Shown here piece after piece: positions 34,835-44,026 of a stretch of DNA of 64,000 nt. Under the pieces are notes generated by a model. It saw only the letters and a list, made by a program, of their open reading frames with translations, searched no databases and was not told the DNA's origin. Positions within the stretch are counted from its first letter, which is position 1. The number at the start of each line of letters is the position of its first letter. The stretch is from an uncultured Pseudomonadota bacterium (GTDB taxonomy: Bacteria > Myxococcota_A > Polyangia > Fen-1088): assembly GCA_963737345.1 (NCBI GenBank), contig CAVTSM010000003.1:1369616-1433615 (forward strand). Direction: 5' to 3'. The translations under genes and the position numbers were made by a program.

Positions 34835-35515
34835 CTAGGGGCTGCGGTAGAGCGCGGGGAAAAGATCGTGGAGGTGGGCCACCTTCGGCGCGTCGTTGTA
34901 GACGATGTAGGGGTTGTCGGGGTGGCGGGCGGCGTAGTTCTGGTGGTAGGCCTCGGCGGGGTAGAAGGCCTGCAGGGGGGCGAGCTGGGTGACGATCGGG
35001 GCGGGGAATGACTTCGTTTGGGTCAGTTGGGCGATGTAACCGGCGGTCACGCGCTGCTGGTCGGGGGTGGTGAAGAAGACGGCTGACCGGTATTGGGTCC
35101 CCTCGTCGGGACCCTGGCGATTCAGCTCGGTTGGGTTGTGCGCCACGGAAAAGAACACCTGCAGCAGCTGGCCGTAGGTCACCTTCGAGGGGTCGTAGGT
35201 CACGCGCACGGACTCGGCGTGGCCGGTGGTGCCGGTGCTGACCAGCTCGTACTGGGCGGTCTTGGCCTGGCCGCCGGCGTAACCCGAAGTCGCGTCGATG
35301 ACGCCCCTCACGTGTTGGAACACGGCCTGCACGCCCCAGAAGCACCCGCCCGAGAACACGACGCTCTCCTTCGCCGGCGTGGCGGCGCGGGGGACGTCGG
35401 CGGCGGGCGCGGGGAGCACGGTGGCGCCCCGGTCGCCGGCGCGCGCGCAGTTACCCGCCAGGCTGACGGCCAGCGCGGCGGCGGGGACCAGCAAGAACCT
35501 AGAGAAACGCGCCAT
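34835..35515 (-). CDS. msrA: peptide methionine-S-sulfoxide reductase MsrA with an N-terminal signal peptide
   Basis: MARFSRFLLVPAAALAVSLAG..., then VFSGGCFWGVQAVF...GYAGG... Confidence 0.9.
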   Translation of the reverse strand: MARFSRFLLVPAAALAVSLAGNCARAGDRGATVLPAPAADVPRAATPAKESVVFSGGCFWGVQAVFQHVRGVIDATSGYAGGQAKTAQYELVSTGTTGHAESVRVTYDPSKVTYGQLLQVFFSVAHNPTELNRQGPDEGTQYRSAVFFTTPDQQRVTAGYIAQLTQTKSFPAPIVTQLAPLQAFYPAEAYHQNYAARHPDNPYIVYNDAPKVAHLHDLFPALYRSP

Positions 35516-35592
35516 TTGAAGCCTCCTGCCTCTACATACGCGGCAGAAGCCCGCCGGTCACGGTCGCCTCGCCCCTGCCCCGCCTCAGCCGC

Positions 35593-36357
35593 TCAGACGC
35601 CGCCGTACCATTCGTATCCTTGATCGCTCCAATAGCCGCCATTGCGCTCGGGCAGGAAAAGAATCCGCGTCAGGTACTTGGTGTTCTTGTAGCCGAGCTT
35701 CACTGGCGAATAGACGCGCGCCGGCGCGCCGTACGCGGGGCTCAGCAGCGCACCGTCCTGGCCGTACACGACCATGGTCTGGGGGTGCAGCGCGCTGTCG
35801 AGGTCCCAGCTCTCGTGATAATCGTCGTCGAACGACTGGAAGTCGACGTAGCGCGCGTCGGGCAAGAGGCCTGCGCGTCGCGCGATCTCGCTCAACAGAA
35901 CGCCGGTCCGCACCGACACGGCCGACCAGCCCTCGACGCAAAAGTGCTCGAGGCGCAGCGCAACCCGCGGCAAATTCTTCAGCTCGGCCAGCGTCAGGCG
36001 CACCGGGTTCTTGACGAGCCCGCCAACCTCCAGGCGCCACGCACCGCGTTCCTTCTCGTCCCACACCGGCAAATCGTCGGCCACGAAGTACGACGGGAAC
36101 TTCTGTCCCGCCAGCGCCGCGCCCGCCGGGGCGCTGTTCATGGCGTTGTGCCTGAAGAGCGCGCGCTCGACCTTCTCGTTCCAGCGCGTGGCCGCGGCCA
36201 GGATCGGCTCGGCGGCTTTCGGCCCGTTCGAATTGCAGCCGCCCAGCGCCAGCGCGGTCACGCCGCCGGCGCCCGCAGCCAGAAAGGCGCGCCGGTCGAC
36301 GCCCAGCTTTTCGGCCGAATGCCGCACCCGCGCGCCGGGCAGCCAGAGCTTGCTCAT
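35593..36357 (-). CDS. Tat-exported molybdopterin-dependent oxidoreductase (sulfite-oxidase fold, YedY/MsrP-like)
   Basis: Twin-arginine DRRAFLAAGAGG. LEHFCVEGWS with the Mo-ligand Cys. ...YSPVKLGYKNTKYL... Confidence 0.8.
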   Translation of the reverse strand: MSKLWLPGARVRHSAEKLGVDRRAFLAAGAGGVTALALGGCNSNGPKAAEPILAAATRWNEKVERALFRHNAMNSAPAGAALAGQKFPSYFVADDLPVWDEKERGAWRLEVGGLVKNPVRLTLAELKNLPRVALRLEHFCVEGWSAVSVRTGVLLSEIARRAGLLPDARYVDFQSFDDDYHESWDLDSALHPQTMVVYGQDGALLSPAYGAPARVYSPVKLGYKNTKYLTRILFLPERNGGYWSDQGYEWYGGV

Positions 36358-37217
36358 ACCTTCTCGGGGTCAGGCGGCGGCTTGGGCGGCTCGCCCACGG
36401 GCGGCTGCGCCGGTGGCGGGTCGGACTCCGGCGCCTGTGGCTTCGGCGGGTCGCCCGCCGGCGGCTGCGGATTCGGCGCGGGCCGCGGGCTCGGCACCGT
36501 GAACAGGTGAATGAACGGGCGCGCGTTGCGCGCTTCCGGCGAGCGTCCCTCGTCGTAGCCCCCGGTCACCATCGATCGCAGCGAATAAGGATCCACGGCA
36601 AACACCATGAACACGTGACCAAGGGTCAGGAAGACCAGCAACAGCATGGCGACGAAATGCCAGTAGCGCGCCCACACGAATCCGCCCAGGAGGTGCGTCA
36701 GCGGCGCGAGCTGCACCGGCTTCCAGATCGCCAACCCCGAGATCACCGCGACGATGCCGACGTACGGCATCGTGAAGTACGCCATCCGCTGAAGCGCGTT
36801 GTGCTTGCCCTGGCGCGGGTGCTCCTTGCGCAACGCCAGGTAGAACTTCACCATCTCGACGCTGTCGCGCGCGACGCCGCGGCGCGGGACCAGGTCGCGC
36901 CATTCGCCGTGCAGGTAAATGAACCCCAGGTACAGCAGGCCATTGGCGACCAGCATCCACATGGCGGCGAAGTGCCAGTGGCGCGCGCCGGCCAGCCAAC
37001 CCCCGAAGGTCAACCACGTCGGGATCTTGTGTCCCGCGAAGGGATAGCAACAGAAGCTCTCGCCCTTGCGCGCGAACGCCGGATAGCTGTTGAAGATGCG
37101 CAGCCCGCTGCCAATCATGATGAACAGCGCCAGCGCGTTCACCCAGTGGGTGACCCGCACGATCCAGTGATGCCGGATCGGAGGGGCCGAGGCGCTGATG
37201 GCGGGCTGCGCTTCCAA
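36354..37217 (-). CDS. membrane b-type cytochrome (cytochrome b561 / PhsC-like) with a Pro-rich C-terminal tail
   Basis: RVTHWVNALALFIMIGSGL..., ARHWHFAAMW..., RYWHFVAMLLL. The stop overlaps the downstream start by 4 nt. Tail PSPRPAPNPQPPAGDPPKPQAPESDPPPAQPPVGEPPKPPPDPEKV. Confidence 0.8.
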   Translation of the reverse strand: MEAQPAISASAPPIRHHWIVRVTHWVNALALFIMIGSGLRIFNSYPAFARKGESFCCYPFAGHKIPTWLTFGGWLAGARHWHFAAMWMLVANGLLYLGFIYLHGEWRDLVPRRGVARDSVEMVKFYLALRKEHPRQGKHNALQRMAYFTMPYVGIVAVISGLAIWKPVQLAPLTHLLGGFVWARYWHFVAMLLLVFLTLGHVFMVFAVDPYSLRSMVTGGYDEGRSPEARNARPFIHLFTVPSPRPAPNPQPPAGDPPKPQAPESDPPPAQPPVGEPPKPPPDPEKV

Positions 37218-37226
37218 GAGCGCGGG

Positions 37227-37418
37227 CTACTTCTTGTCGCCGCCCATGTCGCCGCCGCCCATGTCGCCGCCCTTGTCCTTCTTCTTCGACTTCTTCTTGC
37301 CGCTCTTCTTCATGTCGCCGCCAGCGCTGTCACCAGCCGGGTCCGCGGCGTGGGCGATCGTCCAGGTGGTCGGCATCAGGACGGCCAGGAAAAGAAAACA
37401 GGCGCGAATCAGGTTCAT
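37227..37418 (-). CDS. small secreted Lys/Gly/Asp-rich peptide (63 aa)
   Basis: AAGGAGA lies 7 nt upstream of the ATG. Signal peptide MNLIRACFLFLAVLMPTTWTIAHA. Tail ...KKSGKKKSKKKDKGGDMGGGDMGGDKK. Confidence 0.55.
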   Translation of the reverse strand: MNLIRACFLFLAVLMPTTWTIAHAADPAGDSAGGDMKKSGKKKSKKKDKGGDMGGGDMGGDKK

Positions 37419-37499
37419 ATCGGTCTCCTTGTGCGGGAACGCGCCCTAACCAGCCGGCGCGCGGCGCCGATGATAGCGCGTTTGCGCTTGGGCTACGTG

Positions 37500-40130
37500 C
37501 TATCGCAGCTCCAATTCGTAGGGCAAACGCGCCTCGATGCCCGTATTTCCGGCACGTAACAGGTAGGGTGCCAACAGGCGAACAGCTGCACGCACATCGC
37601 CGGTCAACAGATGCGCGGGCTGCGCGGCCGCCGCCTCCCCGTCGGTCGCGGCCAGCGCGGACGCGGCGCTCGCCACCTTGTGCAAGAGGCCTTTGTTCTC
37701 CGCCGGCAGCAGCGCCAGCTCCGGGAGCTGGTCGTTGCCGAGGGGCACGGCCCCCAACCGCGCGGCCTCGTCAATCGCCGCCGAGATCCCGCCCATCCGA
37801 TCGACGAGCCCGATCGGGCCCGCCAACGCGCCGGTCCAGACGTGCCCCTCGCCGATGGCGTCGACGCGCGCGACGGTCAGGCCTTGCCGCTTCCTTCCGT
37901 CGGCGACCGTCTGAAGGAACAGGCCGTAAAGGTGGTGAATCTCGTTCTCGACGATGGAACGCTCGGCCTCGGTCCAGGGGCGATAGGCCGACAACATGTC
38001 GGCGTGCGCGCCGCGCCGGTAGGTCTCGACGCTGACCCCCAGCGACTCCATCAGCTTCTGCCCGTCGACCTTGTAGCCGAAGACGCCGATCGAGCCGGTC
38101 AGCGTCGACGGCTCGGCGTAGATGACGTCCGCCGGGGCCGCGACGTAGTAGCCGCCCGAGGCGGCCAAATCGCCCATGGACACGACGACTGGCTTGCCGG
38201 CGGCGCGCACATGCTGGATCTCTCGCGCCACCACGTCGGACGCGAACGCCGAACCGCCCGGGCTGTTCACGCGCAGGACCACGGCGCCCACGCTCGGCTC
38301 GCGCCGGCACAGCTCCAGCGCCGCCACCAGCGGATCGGACCCGGCCAGGCCACCGACGCCGAACGGCAACTCGGCGCCGGGCCCGTCCACGATCGTCCCG
38401 TCCACGAAGACCACCGCCACCCGCCGTCCCGGCCAGGCCACCGGCGCCTCGGGCGAGCCGTCCGGATCGCGCACCTCGATCTGCGGGCGGCCCAGCGTGC
38501 GGCGCAGCGCCGCCTCGAGATCACCCTCCGCGATCTGGGCGTCGACCAGACCCGCCAGCGCGGCCGCGCCCGCGTCGAAGACGCCGCGATCGACCAACCC
38601 GCGGACGGCGGCGGCATCCATGGGGTGGCCGGCGCGCGTGCGGTCGGCGGCGATGGCGGCCGTCACCCGCCCAAAGACGTCGTCCAGCAGCTGGTTCTTG
38701 TTGGCGCGAACGGCAGGCGACTGCTCGGTCATCACGAACGGTTCCATCGCGCCTTTGTAGGCGCCGGCCCGCACCAGCTCCAGACGGATGCCCAGCCGGT
38801 CCATCGCGCCCTTGTAGAAGGTGACGTTCTGCGCGACGCCGTTGACGCCCAGCGTGCCGGCGGGGTGAATGACGATCGTATCGCACGCCGCGGCCAGGTA
38901 GTACTCGCGGGTGGACGGGAACGTCAGATACGCGAAGGTCCGCTTGCCCCGCGCGCGCAGAGCGGCGATGAGGTCCCGCACCTCCTCGATGCGCGCGTAA
39001 CCAAGGTCGACGCCTTCCAGCTTGAACAGCACGGCGACGGCGCCAGGGTCGGCGGCCAGCGCGCGCAGGCGCCGCACCACCTGGAAGAACGCGCGGTCGT
39101 CGTGGATTGCCTCCAGGCTCACCCGCGCGACGTACGGCGGGCTGAGCACGGCCGGCTGGCGTGCGCCATTGACGCGCAGGCGGGCCGCAAACCCCACCGC
39201 TTCCGCTGGCGCGACCGGCACGGCGGCCGGCTCGGGTGCCTTGGCGCGGCTCCCTTCGAAGTAGCCGTGCGCCGCCGCCATCAGACCCAGGTGTTCGAGA
39301 TCCACCGTTAGACCAACCCCGGCGTTGGTGTACGCGTAAGAGCCGAACGGCCCCTGCCCGTAGGCGGGCACGCGCTCGGCCTGCGCGTAAAGGCCGAAGC
39401 CGCCGGTCACCTGAACCAGCACGCGCAACCACGGCACGACGCCGGACCAGCGATCGCCCTCGGCGTGCCCGGCCCCCAGCGCGAGCTCCAGCCGCCTCGT
39501 CCCCAGCGGGCGCAGCGCCAGCTCGCCCGTCCACAGGCGCGCCAGCTGCGTCGCGCGCGAGCTGGGGTGGGGCTGGCCGACGTCCTCGACGGTGAACGCC
39601 AGCGCCAGATGGCGGCCGGCCAGCAGCGACAGACCCAGGTCGAAGGTGTCGGTGGCCGCGAACGTGCCGTCCCAGATGTGCGCCCAGGCGGCGCCGATGG
39701 CCGCGTGTCGCCCCAGCCGCAGGGCGTACGCCAGGCGCAGCGTCGTGTGCCCGTCGATGGGCGCGTCCCCCGTCCCGCTGACGCGCGTCAGGCCGAATCC
39801 AACCGCGCTGGACCAGAACGGCGCCGCCAGGTAGAGGCCCGCGCCCCGCCGCGGGATCGTGCCGCCCTGCCCGGCCGCCGCCCCCACGATCTCGGCGTCG
39901 CCGGCCGGCATCAACGCCAGGGCCGCCGGGTTCAGCTCTGTGTCGGTGGCGTCGCCGGTCCCGGCGCGCGTGGCGCCGGTGATGAAGGGGCCGCGCGTGG
40001 GACGCAGGTCGGGGTCGCTGGCCTGCCCGAACGCGCGCCCGGCCCACAGAATCGCCATCACCGCCGCCCGAACCGCGGCGCCGGCCCATCTGCCCCAGGG
40101 ACGCATGTGGTCGGGGCGGAGTATAGTCAT
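37500..40130 (-). CDS. sppA: signal peptide peptidase SppA (tandem S49 domains) with a ~340-aa N-terminal extension
   Basis: LRVNSPGGSAFASD...PVVVSMGDLAASGGYYVAAPAD...TGSIGVFG. An alternative start is ATG at 40104-40106 (MRPWGRWAGAAVRAAVMAILWAGRAFG). Confidence 0.8.
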   Translation of the reverse strand: MTILRPDHMRPWGRWAGAAVRAAVMAILWAGRAFGQASDPDLRPTRGPFITGATRAGTGDATDTELNPAALALMPAGDAEIVGAAAGQGGTIPRRGAGLYLAAPFWSSAVGFGLTRVSGTGDAPIDGHTTLRLAYALRLGRHAAIGAAWAHIWDGTFAATDTFDLGLSLLAGRHLALAFTVEDVGQPHPSSRATQLARLWTGELALRPLGTRRLELALGAGHAEGDRWSGVVPWLRVLVQVTGGFGLYAQAERVPAYGQGPFGSYAYTNAGVGLTVDLEHLGLMAAAHGYFEGSRAKAPEPAAVPVAPAEAVGFAARLRVNGARQPAVLSPPYVARVSLEAIHDDRAFFQVVRRLRALAADPGAVAVLFKLEGVDLGYARIEEVRDLIAALRARGKRTFAYLTFPSTREYYLAAACDTIVIHPAGTLGVNGVAQNVTFYKGAMDRLGIRLELVRAGAYKGAMEPFVMTEQSPAVRANKNQLLDDVFGRVTAAIAADRTRAGHPMDAAAVRGLVDRGVFDAGAAALAGLVDAQIAEGDLEAALRRTLGRPQIEVRDPDGSPEAPVAWPGRRVAVVFVDGTIVDGPGAELPFGVGGLAGSDPLVAALELCRREPSVGAVVLRVNSPGGSAFASDVVAREIQHVRAAGKPVVVSMGDLAASGGYYVAAPADVIYAEPSTLTGSIGVFGYKVDGQKLMESLGVSVETYRRGAHADMLSAYRPWTEAERSIVENEIHHLYGLFLQTVADGRKRQGLTVARVDAIGEGHVWTGALAGPIGLVDRMGGISAAIDEAARLGAVPLGNDQLPELALLPAENKGLLHKVASAASALAATDGEAAAAQPAHLLTGDVRAAVRLLAPYLLRAGNTGIEARLPYELELR

Positions 40131-40141
40131 ACGTCGCGCGC

Positions 40142-40759
40142 ATGACCGACAGCTGGGACCGGCCGCCACCCGACATCACCCCCGCCGATCTTTTCGAGCG
40201 GTGGTTGCCGCAGGCGTTCGCCGCGGCCGGCTGGCGTGCCCCCGCGGGCATCCCGCGGTTGCGTGTGAGCGTCGCGGGCACCACCGGCGGACCGTGGGAC
40301 CTGTCCGTCGCGGGGGAGACGTTGACCGTGGCGACCGGCAGCCGCGAGGCACCGGACATCTGGATGCGCCTGTCCCTGCCGGACTTGCGCGCCGTTCTGG
40401 GCGTCGAAGATCCCGACCTGCCGCCGATTGCGCCGCCCGGCTGGTCGATGCGCGACCTTCTGATCGTCCAGCCCGCCGACGTCGATCTGGTGCGGCAGAT
40501 TTCCGGCCGCGTTGCCGTGGAGATCGAAGGCCGCCGCCGGCGACGCTGGACGCTGGACGTCGGCTTCGGCGCGGCCGGCGTCAGCGCGGGGCGCCCGCGC
40601 ACGACCCTGCGGCTGGACGCACCGACCTTCGAGGGGCTGCGCAGCGGCGCCTTGCCGCCGATGCAGCCCCTGCTCGACGGACGCCTCAAGATCGAGGGCG
40701 ACCGGGCGCTGGCGATGCAGCTGCTACTGCTGATCGGCAGCCGGCTGAGCCGGCGCTGA
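40142..40759 (+). CDS. SCP2 sterol-carrier-like domain protein
   Basis: C-terminal ...LRSGALPPMQPLLDGRLKIEGDRALAMQLLLLIG is an SCP2 pattern. The 3' end overlaps the convergent kinase gene by 36 nt. Confidence 0.6.
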   Translation: MTDSWDRPPPDITPADLFERWLPQAFAAAGWRAPAGIPRLRVSVAGTTGGPWDLSVAGETLTVATGSREAPDIWMRLSLPDLRAVLGVEDPDLPPIAPPGWSMRDLLIVQPADVDLVRQISGRVAVEIEGRRRRRWTLDVGFGAAGVSAGRPRTTLRLDAPTFEGLRSGALPPMQPLLDGRLKIEGDRALAMQLLLLIGSRLSRR

Positions 40760-43700
40760 CGGCGACGCCTCCGCCGCTTCGTGGGGCCGCTTGCCCGAAC
40801 TGCGCGCGGGCGGCTCCCGGGTGGGGGCTTCCTTCGACGGCTCGGGCTCGCTCTTGTCTTCGGGCTGCTTGGCCGTGGCGGGCTCTGGCGGTTTTGCCTC
40901 GACGGGCGCCTCCGCCGGGGCTTTCGCCTCGGGGGCCGACGCGGCGCCGGGCTGGGCCGAATCGTCGGGTGGCGTTTGCTCGGACTCTGCCGCCGGCTCC
41001 GCCGGGGGTACGGCCGCATGTGACGGGGCGGCGGGCGACTCGGTTGATGGCGCCCTTTGGGCCGTGGCGGCCCGATTGATCGCGCGCCTGCGCGCCCCCG
41101 CCGGCGGCGTCGAAGCGGCCATCGCGTGGCGGACCTGCTGCAAATCGCGGGTCAGCACCGGATCGTCCGGCCGTATGACCAGCGCCTTTTGGTACTCGCT
41201 CGCGGCCGCCGGGTAGTCGCGGGCACCGGCCAGGCTTTCCGCGACCAGGGCGTGCGCCGACGGATCCGCGGGGGTCAGCGTCAGCGCCTCCCGCGCCCAG
41301 CGAATCGCTTCCGCCGGCTTCTGCGCGGTCAGCGCCGACTGCGCGCGCGTCCTCAGTGCCGCCGCCACCTCCGCCTCGCCGCCGGCGTGCGCGTCCAGCG
41401 CCAGCGCCACCCGATAGTGCGCCACCCCATCGTCGATCTGGCCGCGATCCAGCTCTGCCTCGGCCTTTTGCACCAGCTGCTGCTTCGCACGCACCGACAG
41501 CCGGTCGGCGATTGCACCACCACCGTCGGCCCGCAAGCTCGCCAGGTGCTCTTTCAACGCCGGGACGTCCGCGAAGCCGAACTTGTCGGCCAGCATCGAC
41601 TCGACCTCGGCGACGCCCAGCCGCAGGCGTTCGGCACGCCGTTCGAGATCGCTGTTCCGCGCGGGCACCGCGGCTGCCGGCGCGGTGGCGGAATCTTCCT
41701 CGGCGTCGCGCGCGGCCGTGCTCCAGGGCAGCCGCCGGTAGATCGGCACGGCGACGGCGGCGGCCACACCCAGAACGGCCAGCGCCCCGGCCCACTTTCG
41801 CGCCGGCGGCCGCACCGGCGGGGCTTGGGGCGACATCGTGCGCGCCCGGCTCCGGGGCCGCTCTTCGCTCCATCCAGGCGACACCGCCGATGGCCCTTCC
41901 GTCGGGTAGTCGATCGCCGGCGGCCCTTGCACCGGCTGCTGCGCCGGCTCCTGTGCGTCGGACTGGGCCACCGCGTCCAGCACCAGCGGCGTTCCGCGCG
42001 ACTCGGGGTCGCGCAACCCGAGCAGCTCGGCCACCGCGCGCGGGCGGCCGAACAGCGACTTCACGAGGTCGTACTCGAGCTGGCCCATCGACTGGTACCG
42101 GCGCTCGGGGTCGGGCTCCAGCGCGCGCATGATGATGCGGTCCAGCTCCTCGGGAACGTCGGCCTTCACGCCGCGCGGCGAAATCAGATCTTTGTCGCGA
42201 TTGAGCTGGGGCGGCGAACCGGAGACCATCTCGTAGATCAGCGCGCCCACCGAGTAGATGTCGGTTCGGTGGTCGACGGCGCCGCCCTCCGCCTGCTCGG
42301 GGGCCATGTATTCCGGCGTCCCCATTGCGACGCCCGGGTTGGTCAGTCGCCGCGCCCGCCCCATGCTGCGCGCGATGCCGAAGTCCAGCACCTTCACGAA
42401 ATCGGCCTGGCCGTCGCGGGCGACCAAGAAGATGTTCTCGGGCTTGAGATCGCGGTGAATGACGCCCGCCGCGTGCGCCGCCGCCAGCGCCCGGCAGATC
42501 TGGATCGCGATGTTGCACGAGCGCGAGGCGTCCAGCCGCCGCTCGTGCGAAAGCACGTCGGCCAGATCGATGCCGTCGAGGTGCTCCATCACGAAGTAGG
42601 CGCAGCCGTCCTCGGTCGAGCCGAAGTCCGTGACGTCCACGATGTTGGGATGACCGATGCGCGAGGCGGCCCGCGCTTCCCGCCGGAAGCGCTCGACCAG
42701 ATCCTGCTGGGTCGAATAGGCCGGGTGCAGGATCTTGATGGCGACGCCCTTGCCGATCTCGACGTGCTCGGCGGCGTAGACGGTGCCCATGCCGCCCTCG
42801 CCGATCTTGCGAATGACGCGGTATCGGTTGTTGATGACCCGACCGGTGAAGTTCAGCCCCAGCGACTCGTCGTCTTCCTTCGGGAATTGCAGCCTGGTGC
42901 TGGACTGCTCCAGCGTGGCGAGTGACACCGCCATCGTTTTGGACGTCCGCCCGTTCGCCGGCACGAACAACGGAGCCGCCGACGCCAACAGCTGATCTCT
43001 GTCGACGCGCTCTTCCTTCATCTGCTGGTCGTAGAGGCTGCGCAGGAACTCGGCCGCGCGCTCGGCGTCCGCCCGCGGCGAGATCTGCGTGATGATCTCC
43101 GACAGCGCCTTGCGCAGCTCCTCGGCGGACTGAAACCGGTTTTCGCGGGCCGGGGCCAGCGCCTTCAGCAACAGCGCGTCCAAGTTCGGCGTGATCCAGG
43201 GCGCCTTCGACGAGGCCGGTTGTACGCGCGGGTGGCGCACCAGCGACATCGCGGTCGCGGCATCCAGATTCGCCAGCTGCAGGTACTGGTTGCCCGTGAC
43301 CAGCTCCCACAGGACGACGCCCAGGCTGTAGATGTCGCTGCGCGCGTCGGCCGGCTCACCGCGCGCCTGCTCGGGCGACAGATAAGAGGCGCGGCCGAAC
43401 ACCACCCCCGGCGCGGTGTTCTCTTGCTTCAGCACACTGCGCGCCAGCCCGAAGTCCGTCAGCTTCACCTCGCCGAAGTAGCTGAGCAATATGTTGGGGG
43501 GCGCGACGTCCCGGTGCACGAGGCGCAGATCCGCATGGCTGTGGACGTAGGCCAGCGCGCGCGCGATCTCGCGGCCGATGTGCAGGGCGACGTCCAGGGG
43601 GATGCGCGTGCGGGTCCGCACGCAGCGGTTCCAGATCTCGCGCAGGTCCTTGCCTTCGACCAACTCCATGGCGATGAAGAACTCGCCGTCCACCTCGCCC

Positions 43701-43936
43701 GCGTCCAGCGTCGGGACCAGGTTGGCGTGGGACAGCCGAAGCACGACCTTGGCTTCGTCCAGGAACCGGTTGGCCTTCGTGTGGTCGGTCTTCTCGGCGA
43801 TGACCTTCTTCACCACGCAAAACTTTTGGAAGCCGATCTCACCAGCCGCAGCAAGGTAGATCGCCCCCATGCCGCCGCGCGCCAGCGGCTTCAGGAGCAC
43901 GTACTTTCCAAATTTGAGAGGAAACGTTTCGGCCAT
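40724..43936 (-). CDS. dual-kinase-domain Hanks-type Ser/Thr kinase with TM segment and TPR-like C-terminus
   Basis: Domain 1: LARGGMGAIY, CVVKKV, HRDVAPPN, DFGLA, SPEQ. Domain 2: GEGGMGTVY, VAIKIL, HRDLKPEN, DFGIA, APEQ. TM WAGALAVLGVAAAVAVPIY. TPR-like repeats at the end. Confidence 0.9.
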   Translation of the reverse strand: MAETFPLKFGKYVLLKPLARGGMGAIYLAAAGEIGFQKFCVVKKVIAEKTDHTKANRFLDEAKVVLRLSHANLVPTLDAGEVDGEFFIAMELVEGKDLREIWNRCVRTRTRIPLDVALHIGREIARALAYVHSHADLRLVHRDVAPPNILLSYFGEVKLTDFGLARSVLKQENTAPGVVFGRASYLSPEQARGEPADARSDIYSLGVVLWELVTGNQYLQLANLDAATAMSLVRHPRVQPASSKAPWITPNLDALLLKALAPARENRFQSAEELRKALSEIITQISPRADAERAAEFLRSLYDQQMKEERVDRDQLLASAAPLFVPANGRTSKTMAVSLATLEQSSTRLQFPKEDDESLGLNFTGRVINNRYRVIRKIGEGGMGTVYAAEHVEIGKGVAIKILHPAYSTQQDLVERFRREARAASRIGHPNIVDVTDFGSTEDGCAYFVMEHLDGIDLADVLSHERRLDASRSCNIAIQICRALAAAHAAGVIHRDLKPENIFLVARDGQADFVKVLDFGIARSMGRARRLTNPGVAMGTPEYMAPEQAEGGAVDHRTDIYSVGALIYEMVSGSPPQLNRDKDLISPRGVKADVPEELDRIIMRALEPDPERRYQSMGQLEYDLVKSLFGRPRAVAELLGLRDPESRGTPLVLDAVAQSDAQEPAQQPVQGPPAIDYPTEGPSAVSPGWSEERPRSRARTMSPQAPPVRPPARKWAGALAVLGVAAAVAVPIYRRLPWSTAARDAEEDSATAPAAAVPARNSDLERRAERLRLGVAEVESMLADKFGFADVPALKEHLASLRADGGGAIADRLSVRAKQQLVQKAEAELDRGQIDDGVAHYRVALALDAHAGGEAEVAAALRTRAQSALTAQKPAEAIRWAREALTLTPADPSAHALVAESLAGARDYPAAASEYQKALVIRPDDPVLTRDLQQVRHAMAASTPPAGARRRAINRAATAQRAPSTESPAAPSHAAVPPAEPAAESEQTPPDDSAQPGAASAPEAKAPAEAPVEAKPPEPATAKQPEDKSEPEPSKEAPTREPPARSSGKRPHEAAEASPSAPAQPAADQQ

Positions 43937-44026
43937 TACAGCTGCCGGCCCCGGATCGTAGGCGATTGGGGGCGCGGACGCGAGACGATTAGACCATTCA
44001 CGGAGCCGGCTTTCCCGTAAGGGCCT

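Noticed and set aside
38521-43310. Minus- and plus-strand ORFs of 800+ aa (38521..41019, 40686..43310, 41057..42925)
   Set aside because: They lie in alternative frames of sppA, the SCP2 gene and the kinase gene. The products are extremely Arg/Pro/Gly-rich. The real frames carry S49 and kinase motifs.
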